DNA from: Phoronis australis
Lineage: Eukaryota > Animalia > Phoronida
Reading direction: 5' to 3'
DNA: 64,000 nucleotides
NCBI GenBank assembly: GCA_002633005.1
Contig: NMRA01000489.1
Coordinates: forward strand, 36,329-100,328
Shown here piece after piece: positions 52,880 to 64,000 of the stretch (its first letter is position 1; each line of letters starts with the position of its first letter). Position numbers and translations under genes: made by a program. The notes under the pieces were generated by a model. The model saw only the letters and a program-made list of their open reading frames with translations, made no database searches and was not told the DNA's origin.

Positions 52880-54110
52880 TTACACAACAGTCATTCTAAT
52901 AAAACATGTCTTTTATCTTCAATACGATTTAAAGAACAATACAAGCAAATGCGTTCTTCCCTCGTTAATCCAGTCTGTCTGCCAATCTCGACTACTAATT
53001 TGTGGTTAGCATGTCTGAATCATGCCAGAGGTGAGCGGTACTTTTTGACATGTAAACATTTAACATAGCTTTCACTGATTAAGCCATTTATTGTACAACC
53101 TGTACATGTCCGTACTGAGAGTCAACAAGTCTTCATACTACTCATATCCGTCAATGCGTAAACAACGTTGTTTGAATTCATCTAGGAATAGCTGATCATT
53201 ACCAATTCTCTGGCTTCCCCATACAAAAATAGTCGCATGCAACAGTTGTTTGACGTTTAAATCCCTAGCCATCACGGGTCTTTAAAGCATGAACCTCCTG
53301 AAACTTGTACCATATAGCGACATATTGGATATCGCCTAGAATGAGTAATTTTAATTAATACTTCATTATATTTGGTAATCTCAATGACAACATTGTGCTT
53401 TTACCCAATTCTCGGGCTGTTATGATTGGTGCATTACATCCAAGGCTCAACACATATTTACAAAAAATATAAAACAGTTACATGTCCTGACCCGGATGAA
53501 ACCGGGTCCTTACCTACTATCTATCTTGTAAAAAATGTATCATTTTTTGTTAAACAGTTGTAACCACTTTCTTGATCGTTTTTAGATTGAAGCGTGTTTT
53601 TTAGAATAAACAATGCTTTTTCAGCCTGACCAAGTTCAACTGTGTCTCACTAACCACACTCAACCTGGTCTAAAATATAACCCAAGATATTTACCAAATG
53701 ATAGTACAGAAATGTGCTTCTTGTTTAAAAAACAATTTTCGTAGCTCCTAAGGTAACCTCCTTTTCACAATACTGTTCTAACGTGTTACTCAGACTATGA
53801 ATCTTAATAACTGTCTCAGAAAAATGACCAAATTGTTTGCAAATAGTTTAATAATCCAATAGATTTGGGACTCACGCTCTAAATCACTAATAGAAGAGAA
53901 AACAAACAGGGAGAACGTTGACAACCTCGCATAACTCCCAGTAAGCAATTAGAATATTCTTTAGTGTCTCCCTGTTTGTTAACTTGCGCATACAATTTCA
54001 CATTTTTGTACATTTCATAAAACGTCGTATATATTTTCCCTGAAGTAATACTATTTCTTAACAACCTACACTTTAAACCGCATCCCAAACCCAGTCGAAT
54101 GCCTTTTTAA
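52880..54110 (-). mobile_element. Decayed non-LTR retrotransposon (LINE) reverse-transcriptase fragment
   Basis: GVMRGCQRSPCLFSL (for GVRQGCxLSPxLF), followed by KLFANNLVIF (decayed F/YADD) and NTLEQYCEK; many stops and frameshifts; ends approximate. Confidence 0.75.
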
Positions 54111-57100
54111 AATCTGTAAATAAATAATAAGGTATGGATGTTGATTAAAAACGAAAGACACGGTTCATAAAACGTAATTCTTGTGCTTTGTCCCTTTACC
54201 TACTCCGGTTCTGTCCACAAAATAGTATAACATCGCTTGTTTAAGGGAGATTGTTTTACAAAAAGGCGCCGCCTCTGTCCAGGGGCCCGTTTCGTAGCTT
54301 ATGTTCCTCGCGAGTGACAGGCAGTAGGGTCACGTATTGGTGAATACTCAGTTTAGTGATCTCTACAAACTCACTATAAAGTAGCCGCACGGAACGTAGA
54401 CCAAGGACCCATTCCTTAACGCAAGATTACGAGTGAAAGTACAGTCACGAAATTTGCTTGTAACAGACGGCTCTCGAATATCTAAGTCACGCCTGCGTAA
54501 CAGGAATGGCCTAAACAGGTGTCCGTTCTGCATATTGACGCAATAAAGTCGCGAAAATGCGAGATCACACAAGTCTTTGCGAGATATCACCATGCATTAC
54601 AAGAAAAGCATATGATCACACTAGCTTTACTTGCGAGATTCTTGCGCCAGGCTCCTAAGGAACTAAGCCCAGGTTGTTGCAACACCATCTAGCGGGGTGT
54701 TCTCGTGACAGGTTTGCAGTTTTTTGTTTGCGAATCTTAAATTTTGACAGTCCTTGGGGTTCTAGGAAAAAAGGGGCAGAAATCAACAACTTTCTCCAAA
54801 AGTATTCACTATAAGAAATGAAAGGTCGTTGGGTAATCTTTAAAACGTGCGTCATGACGCGTGTTATAATTGGTACTATTAACACCAAAGACACTATTTT
54901 GAACACGCACTATAGGTTTTTCTGTCGCTGAAAATTTCCTACTACAAGGTAGTTGTAATTTGAAAACTCTGTGGGTGCGAAATATTTGTCGAAATGTCGC
55001 AAGAAAGCAGAAGATAACTTGTGCAGAAAAGATACCGAATACTTTCTGCATGTAAACGCAGATGGTAACTATCATCGTTTCGAAAAGTAAAATTGCATGA
55101 TGTCATTGAAATTCACATTCCTGTCAATCATTATACCACAAAAACTCAGAATCTCTAAAAAACACATTCCCATCAAGTCGAAAACATTACTTCATTGTCC
55201 AGGAACATACGGCGTGAGATTGATTAACTCCGTTTAACATGTGCGGCGCAGTTGAAAATTAAATCACATGGCGTTCTGTGATCACGATCAGACAGGGCTT
55301 CTCAAATCGCAACTCTTTTATCGTAGCGGCCGTATTTCAATAACAGCCAACGCATTACGGTATCCCGCGGGTTACTGTCATGGGAGGGCTGGTGGGACAA
55401 GTCGTTAAAACCAAGTGAGTTATATTATATTTGTCCTTTTGGAAGGGCAGTTTGGCTTTGCGGTAGGTATCTTCGATACTTACATTGCAGATATTCTCTC
55501 AGCTATGCACACGAAAGTGGTGAAATCAATACACGGGTACAGGATGACACGACGGCGGACGTAATGTCTAAGAGATTTTCATCAAATTGTTTCGGGTGAC
55601 CAGGAGTACTTGGGCGCACTTTGGACAGAGGATGTTGCTGGAAAATTAGAATACTCATCCGTATAAAAACCGACAGCAAAGAAGCAAAGAAGGTGTCCTA
55701 AGTGTCTTCTACGAAAAAGTCACCCTCTCGGGGGGAGGGGTTGTTTCAGAAACACCTCCCCTTTTATAGAGGTTGAATTCAGTAAACCTAAGACTTCCGT
55801 AGGGATACTTGTGCATTGTAATTAATTTCTAACCCATCAAACCTGAAACAGCACAAAAAGTGTCATGGTTTCACGATGAGTATATCATCTGCACAAAACG
55901 TTTTTAAAAACGATAACATAGAAAACCCTTCTGTAAACTTGGGGGTTGTTAAAATGAACATCTTCTATACGTTCGAACTCCCAAAGGGCACCCTTTTATC
56001 GGGAATTTTGAGGGAAAACACGCCCTTTTGCAGAGAACTTGGTCCCTAAAGGCACCCTTTCGTAGGGAAACTGGTTGTGAAAAAGTACGTCTCGCATACC
56101 TCTTCTATGGAAATAACCCTCGTGCCCACTTCTATCTTTGCCCTTGTATTGCGTATATCTGGGTAAGGAAAACTCGTTACCAGCCCCACCCATTGTGTGA
56201 AGGAAAATCAGCGAGCTGGCACTAAGTTCTCGTAAATTGATTTTTCGTACTCGCTAAATAAATGTGGTGAGAAGTTACAGTCGCAGCAAAACTGTCGTCG
56301 GCAAGTGATCTAAATCAAGAACTCGCGCCTTGGAAGGAACGACTCGTCTTTATAGCCATTTCAATCAATCCCAGACGTTGTAATACCACCGAATGGCCCA
56401 TCACCCTTAACCTAGGTACTGCACTCACTCTGATAGATAATAAAAAATAATTGAAGTCGTCCTGCTACACGTTGTACCAGACCAGCGCAGGCCGCGCATA
56501 TGGGCCCATTGCACTGATCACCTGGAACTATTTTATGCTTTATTAGTACATAGCTAGATACCAACGACAAAGGAATTCATTACAGAGATATTTAACCTTT
56601 TGTTTATGACGTCCATCACCCGTTGAATAAAAAGGCAATAAAAATCAATTTCTCGAATTACAGACACAATATCCGGTGTCATGACCCCTTTGCAAATGCC
56701 ATGTCGGCTAGTGCTTCTTGACAACCTGTCGTTTCCTAAAAGACAGGGCCGGCTAAAACTGGTCCCTGTAAAAATAGTAAAAATAGAGGTAAGGAGACAG
56801 TAAATGTCGTAGATTATGGCTAAAATCGCTTTAAGATATAGTATATCACTTCCGCTATACGAACTGGACAGATTGGGCTGAAATCAAGGATCTAATTGTC
56901 GATCGAACTATCGTATACTTTACCTAGGGGTGCATTCACAGTAATCCAAGGGAGTTGTACAAAAATAGCATACCTACTGTCATATTTACCTTGTTTAGGT
57001 GTAACAAGTTCTTTTATCTGCGTCATTTGTAATTAGTTAATTAGAGAAGAAAGGGAACATTTCCTTTGATGGACCACTGAAAGAAAATGGGTAATTCCCC

Positions 57101-57559
57101 TGGGCTTGAACAATCTAAGTTATTCATAAGAAAACAGATTGCGGAGAATAACGTAATAGGGTTCTATTGATTAGTTGGGGTATTCAGGAATATTACGGGG
57201 CACTTACTTAGGATTAATTATGTCATGCTGACCTCATCTCAATTAACAAGGAATCTGCACTATAGTATACAAGAAGTCCCAAAAATGTTTTTTAGATTCT
57301 TTCTGGAAACTAATGGTGTGGATGAGAGTGGGTTTGGGTTGTGGGGTGGAGCGGATGGGGGGGGGGGGGGAGGNAGGAAGCACCGCCATGCGAGCCCATT
57401 AGGAGAATGACAAGGTTCACGTTTAAGTATGCTCTAACCTTTAGATCATAGCGTAAATTGCTTGGCACTTACAATAAAACATCCACTGTTTTCGCTTGGC
57501 TATGGTATTAATGGGTGCTGGTGGCCAATTATCGCTTTCGATTGATTTTAGACAACGCT

Positions 57560-57930
57560 ATACAGACACTGAAAATCAAATTTGGGAAGACACTGTTGTA
57601 CAATGTTCTAGATACCTAGAGCCTCGTGTGTCAGGAATACGCCAACTACTTAAAAAAATAAGACAGAACACATATGGTGCGTTTGCAAATGCTCAAACTA
57701 TTACGTAATGACTGAAACAAGACGTTACCACGGTGTTGTTCGCGGCGAAAGATTATGCCCCTGCTGCGACATGGAGGAAATAGAGTGTGAACAGTTGGCC
57801 TTGATTGCACCTGCGTCTACGCATATATGGGGAACTACAACAAAACTAAGGCGCCAAGGGAGAGAACAATTAAAAAACTGTTTCTGTGTTTCTGCTGTAG
57901 ACAGTGTGTTCAGTTTGACCATAGGATGAA
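57560..57930 (+). mobile_element. Decayed LINE ORF2 3' fragment (Cys-rich C-terminus)
   Basis: TETRRYHGVVRGERLCPCCDMEEIECEQ resembles the ETGRY...ERxCxxC...IEDExH motif at LINE ORF2 C-termini. Confidence 0.6.
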
Positions 57931-58090
57931 GTGCACATTTCGTTGTGCATGTGAAGGATGAACGCTATCCAGCAGTGCAGAGCCCGAGAAAATCAATTCA
58001 TCGATGCTCCGCAATTAGAGTCAATTGTGTCATATTCCCGAACTGCTATGTCTGCCAATACAGTCGCTGGAATTCACAACCCGCAACCCC

Positions 58091-58192
58091 GGAGGGAGGG
58101 AGCGAGGGAGGGAGGGAGGTGGAAGGAAGGGAGGTTGGCCGGAGTGGGAAGGAGGGAGGGTAGCCTGATGAGACGGTGGGAGGGAGGGACGG
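58091..58192. repeat. Purine-rich (ggga)n-like low-complexity tract
   Basis: ggagggagggagcgagggagggagggaggtggaaggaagggagg... Confidence 0.7.
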
Positions 58193-61100
58193 ATAGAGCA
58201 AAGGATGGCATCAAATTTACCAATAAAACGTCCGTTGTAAGTACCCGAGTACATGACAATTTCGCCTTTTAGACAGACTCGTCTTTCAGCACCAAATTAG
58301 TAACATTAACCATTTTCTGCTCAAGACCCTGGTGCCTAAATCGGCCAAGACATCGTGAACCAAATGACTTAGTACTGTTTATGAGCTTAATCACAACCTC
58401 TTCACTCGTGTTTGCTGCTCCTCCAAATTAACATTAATTGTAAGGTGATTTAATCTGACATGAAAAACGAACAAGAACTTCCGCCACGTGAAGAATTCCA
58501 TTGACCATTAATGCTTAAACGACGTCCATCGGTATTGTGAGTCTCACTTCTGTTTGTCGCACTTAACAAAAGTGCATGCCTACTTTGCCATGGGCGTTGT
58601 CCATCCATGCTTTTATTTAGACAATTATATATTTAGATTAGCTAAGATGTTTGCGTGAACAATATCGAATTTTGTATTTTTATAACGGCCACATCAATGA
58701 CCGTCTACGTGCACTTAGCGAACTCTCTAGTTTTCTCTGTTTAACGACTCCGTCATCGATAACTGTTTTAATGCCATTGTGCAGACTTACGTAAATGAAA
58801 GAAGATTGCGCTCTTTGGTGGGCCTGCCCTTTGAACCGTTGACTTTTAGTAGCTCTGTTATGAATTAAGCCCTTGAAAATGCATTACCACTCATGAAAGC
58901 AAAACAGAACTGCATATTTACGATGCTATTATGTCTAACAGGTAGACATTACCAGGATTCTGATGGTGTCTTCCTGTTCTGAGTAACACTTAGTGCAGTT
59001 TTAAAGGGGCTGGCCTTATAAACATGGAATCGTTGTTGACTGCATTATTGCAAATGACCAATTATTACCGATTCGATAGCGATTTCGAGAGAAATAAAAA
59101 TCCTTGGTACAGACGCCATATGCAATTATCCAATCCCTTTCATGAAACTGACCTGCGCGGAAGCTCATTAATTTGTGCAGAGGAAAAGCGCTATCATTTC
59201 TCCTGGGGAACGCACACCCACGCTAGGTGCACGAAACGTCAAAACGAAACCAAAAGAGAGGCAAATGTTTCATACGAAGTTTGGTTTTTGACACTATTTG
59301 AAATTTTTCTTTAACGTACTCGTAGCTCCTTCTGGTGTTCGGGCCCGAAACCAGGCTATTCAGTTTTCGGAAAATGATTTTTCGTTTTTTCAAATCTGAC
59401 AGTGGAATCGCCCAAAATTAGTCTTTCAGGCTTAAGAATATTTCTTAGACACGATTTGCTTATGGTGTCTAAAGTAACACTGAGGTGGTTCTTGCATTGA
59501 GGATAAGTGGTCGATAAGAGACCTCTCCATTGGTCTTAACAACTTCGTGTGGTTCCTTTCAATTTCCGCCACTAAGGCTACGTGTGGTCATTGATCGTCC
59601 TTTCATGTAAGTGGAAAACACGTGCACTCTTTGGTTGTTGCCGTACTACTTTATTACGCCAAAATATTTTGGCGCAACAAAGTAGTTCTTTGCTTATTGG
59701 CTTTTGATGAACCATGTATGGAGGGAGCGATTAATCTATGACTCTGACCCTACTGTCAGCAATGAGAGGGTCTATAAAGTTTTGCAACAGAACTCCACAG
59801 AAAAGTTTCCTATAACTTACTAATAGTTGTGCTAAGTAAATAAATTACAATCCAAACCACACGATACTCTATTTTAATTCAGTACATAAGCACTGCGTAG
59901 GGTTTAAAACAAAAGAATTGTTATGCAGCATAAACTCTTCAAAAGGACTATTTTTTCATAAAAGCGCGCAACAAATGTATCCGTTTTGTTAGTGTTGACT
60001 TTCTCAAAGTGCAGAGGTTTACTTTGTCGAATCTCCAAAATTTGGAGGTCTTACAATTTCCAAGCAACACCTCCGTTCCAAAATGTAGTCGAGGACCCTA
60101 GGGCAGCGTCTCAGCCTCGTGCGTCATGTTGAAACGGAATCTTACCACAAAACGCTTCTCAGTTCAAGGACAATAAATTTCGCCACAGGTAAGAGTACGA
60201 TAGCAGCCGCTTTGACGCGTTTCATATAACTGAAACCTTGGCGACAGATACAACGCAACATAAGGCCATAGGAAATATAAACACTTCTAGTTAATTAACA
60301 GCACAGTTTCTCTGATCTCGTACTATATATAAGTCCCTTTACGTTTTTATATTTTTCTCGCTTTCGCATTTCTATTGGAATCCGTAATCTGAATGCATCA
60401 CAGTGTGTGTAATAGCGCAAAATTCTAAGGGTTGTACAGTGACATTTGGTGTGCGTAAGTAAATAAGGAAATGGGCAAATAAACAAAGTTCAGTCCTCTT
60501 AAATAAAAAAGCCGTGAGCATTCGTTCTGAGAACAGTTGTCAATGGTTGCGACACCATAAAGACAGATACTAACGACTTTATATCAATAGGTATACTCAC
60601 ACTTATGAAAAAAAACGAAAATTATGATAGCTACACTTAATTACACGAATGACAAAAGTAAATAAAACATGACAATTTATGCCCAATACTTGTCAAATAG
60701 CCGCCTTGCAGAATGGAAGGTGCGTATTCCTAAATTAAAGATATGATGACAAATAAAACCATTTATACAACAAGAAATAAGACGAAATAAAATGAAATAT
60801 AATAAATAGAGTACGTTACGTTTCTGTGCAACACTTGTCAAAGAGTGGTCTAGTGGATAATCATGAACAATTCAGACCGAAACCAACCTAGTCAGCACTT
60901 CGTCGTTGTCAAGGCTAAAATCAAACTCTCGATCAGTTCATCGGCGTTTATACAGATAGTTGGGGGGATAGACGATTAACGCTATTTATCTTGCTCGAAG
61001 CCTCTGTAACGACGCGATTAATCACGGATTATTATCCGCGTCTCCGATTAAATAAATATCTTAGGAGAGTCAGAGAGAACGTGTCGGCTCAGCAACCGAC

Positions 61101-64000
61101 GTTACCAGATAATAATATAGTCATTTGCCGTTGAAACCTTAAAATCTACGGCGACAACAACGTAATTATATTCCCAACATCGAAAGTTGTCTGTGTGGTA
61201 ATGACATTGCTCTGGGAACTAAGAAACTGGTGACAAATCCTTAGCAACAATAAAGTACCAATATCGACTTTCGTAACCATAAGGAAAGACAGAGAAAAAT
61301 GTGAAATCGAGTAATGGAGCATTTAAATGGCAATTTTAGTATCAAGAGTCTAATTCCCGTAAGACCTCGTCGCCAGATCAGCGACTCAAATCTCGATTTG
61401 TGAAGAGACTGTGTTACGTACAACATTCTGCAACTGAGATTCAACTTGCGCACGCGGAGTACAAGCGACAGGGAGAAAAGAGCTCGACTCAAAATCACAC
61501 AGGAAATGATCAAATGCCTTATAAGCTCGGTTTCTGACAAAAAATAAATTTCGATTTAGGCTGCTTGCACTTATAACAATTTGCCATTTGCCCAGAGTAG
61601 ATTTGAGCTGTGTGCTCTGCTGGATGAGCAGACAAATCGTTATTGCTTGAGATCATACGTAGTTGGTGCATAACATGATTAGCCAATTCTTAACCAAAAA
61701 AATCAAAAGCTGATATTGACAGAACTTGGGTTCATCGAAAGAGAAGATTAGGCCAAACAAAGACGTTTCATTGTTCAGACATACTTGAGTATCACAGAAA
61801 AAGAAGAAAAAACACTAGTTTTCACACATTTTAAATTGACAATCATCGTTTTCGTGTACATAAAAACGTAACATTATTTGTTAAAAACGACAGTGACATT
61901 TCCTTTACATTATTATCGCGATGACTGGACAACGAGGAAACTCAACACGCGTCTGGGAATATTATGTACTCATACAATGGAACTGGTCTTTTTAAGTCAG
62001 TTTTAAAAACAATTACACCCGTGGGCTAAAACGAGTCGTTTTAAACAGTTTTGTTCGGTTTTCTTCATTCGCCTTATTGCTTTGATAAAATCAATCAAGA
62101 TATGCTATTTCGCATCAATGCAAACACAAAGCCGATATTTTTTTCGAATCCCATTTTCCAAATCAGAATCTGGAATGCGATCTAATGCAATGAAATGTAA
62201 AACAAAATTATATAAGCTTACCGATAAAACAGAAACGAAGCTTTGCATGCAGGTTGTAACATAAGGAAAGACCTGGCTGAGATAAAAGGTTTTTTACCTC
62301 TTTTTACGACCTATGTGCAAAGTTCTCATTAATTTATTTTCTATTTGAACTAATATTTTGTGCATTGTCACAAAAATGAACACACTTCAAATACGTATGT
62401 TCACCCTGCCTCACTGCTATGCTGGCTACAGTTCATTGCGTTTTTTTCATGCGAAGTAATAAGAATCTTTTGAAATACAGCAGAGGCGAAACTTACGAAA
62501 GGAGCGTGGGGTGAAACTCCATCCAATAGTCTTAGGTCAAATGCCGGTGCAATTTAGCTTAAGATATATTTGGTTTGCTGCGAAAACCTATGGGGTTCGG
62601 TCCCCGGGGGTATTCCTACAGAAGAAGTATACGGAACTTTCCGCTCAAAAGGGTGACTTTCATATGCCTAGTTTTCCTTCGAATGGTGCTTTTTTCGCCA
62701 AAATTCCCTTCAAAGGGGTTCATTTTGAGACTCTGCAAAACTTTCCTTTTTGCAGCAACACAAATCTCCAGAAGAGTTTTTAATATCATCTGTATTTCAA
62801 AATCTTTGGAGGGAAAAGATATACTCAAGTTCCACAACATGGCATCTGTTTTTGTACTGTTGCAAGCTTAGTGTTTGAAAATCAGCTGCCCAAGAATTCA
62901 TACATCGGAAGGGTTCGGTGTATAGAATTAACACCTACGGAAGAGCGAAGTTTCTCTCACAAAACCCCAAGAAAAGACGACTTGTCACGGAAGTTGCTTA
63001 CAAATAGGTCCCATTTTTCGAGTACAATCTGTGCATGGATGGTTATTCTATTTTTTGAGCTGCACCCTTTCGTCAAAAGTCTAGCCGAACATCCACGGGG
63101 TTTGCACGGCAAATTGTCTGTGCGTCAGTATGGTGAGAAGATTTGCTTACGGTTGCAAGACAAACTTGAACAAAACGCAACCGACTGTGACGCAACACTG
63201 ACAGCCCACCCGTGTTACCGTCCTCTCTACATTTTGTTTGAATGCCAATGTACACGTACCGCCCAGTAATTCAATGGATGCCCAAATGTGTGCAGACCGA
63301 GCATTTGAGTTTGGCGGGCATCTGTCCATTTTATCTTTTAGCCTCCAAGCTAACGCCTGGTAGTCACGTGTCGGAAGTAATTTCTCAATCCAGTTGCCGA
63401 AAGACATTTTCGCTACGGCTCGAAAAATAACGATTGGTACATTTTATTTCGCAATAATGAAACCTGGTATTGCAAAGTTCAATTTAATGAAGATGTTGCC
63501 ACCACCACCGTCCACCTTATCAATGACCAGATCATGGACATAATGACAACCATTAGGATGTCCCTTATCATATTTCACCGTTATCACCATCACTGTCATC
63601 GATAATCTCCGTCGTCGTCATAGCTGTTAAACCTAGGGCCCGTTCCAAGAAACTGACTTAAGCTCAATTTTGACTAAGTCGGGGATTTAGATCAATTCCA
63701 AAACTTTGAATCTTCCGAAAACTTTAGAAAAGTTAGTGAAACGTAAGACAATACTTAAATAAACAACCTAAATCAAAATTAAGATCACTTTCTAGGAAGG
63801 GAAATAAAGCAACTTGAAGCTTTATCTCAAAATTGACTTCAATTTAAGATTTGTCTTAGCTAATTTAGTTTTCTTGGAGGGACTCCCGCATTTTCCCATT
63901 TCGTTACTTTCGTCGTTCTGTTCATGCATGCAAACAAGGGTATGCACACATTTCACATTAAATCTATGAATATGCAAATTACATGCTCACTCACGATTCA

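Noticed and set aside
57708-57929. CPCC-containing ORF as a second insulin-like A chain
   Set aside because: Cys spacing does not fit; it matches a LINE ORF2 C-terminal motif.
62511-63430. Cluster of overlapping 60-132 aa ORFs
   Set aside because: No domain motifs, mostly non-ATG starts, repeat-like sequence.

Overview
AT-rich, intron-containing animal (invertebrate-type) genomic DNA with one assembly gap (18672-19390). Four spliced genes can be reconstructed with GT-AG, phase-consistent exons. (1) A Q50 paired-class homeobox gene (-, 7389-10780). (2) A SUMF2/pFGE-like formylglycine-generating-enzyme paralogue (+, 14918-22716); its 5' signal-peptide exon is not resolved. (3) A GPI-type Ly6/uPAR (three-finger, Quiver-like) gene (+, 31911-36979). 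(4) An IGF-like/insulin-like peptide gene with a long D/E tail (-, 44465-51531). Weaker candidates are a death-domain-like exon at 1088-1299 and an orphan three-exon gene at 25035-26297 (-). The remainder holds decayed LINE fragments, tRNA-like SINE heads, many inverted-repeat MITE-like elements, short tandem repeats and palindromes. The most intriguing observations are the proinsulin/IGF hybrid precursor whose start/B-chain exon is bracketed by two inverted copies of one MITE, the SUMF2 gene's broken and duplicated 5' end, and a triplicated coding-like motif next to the death-domain exon. I found no CRISPR array, rRNA or intact tRNA. All family assignments come from motif recognition, not database searches.
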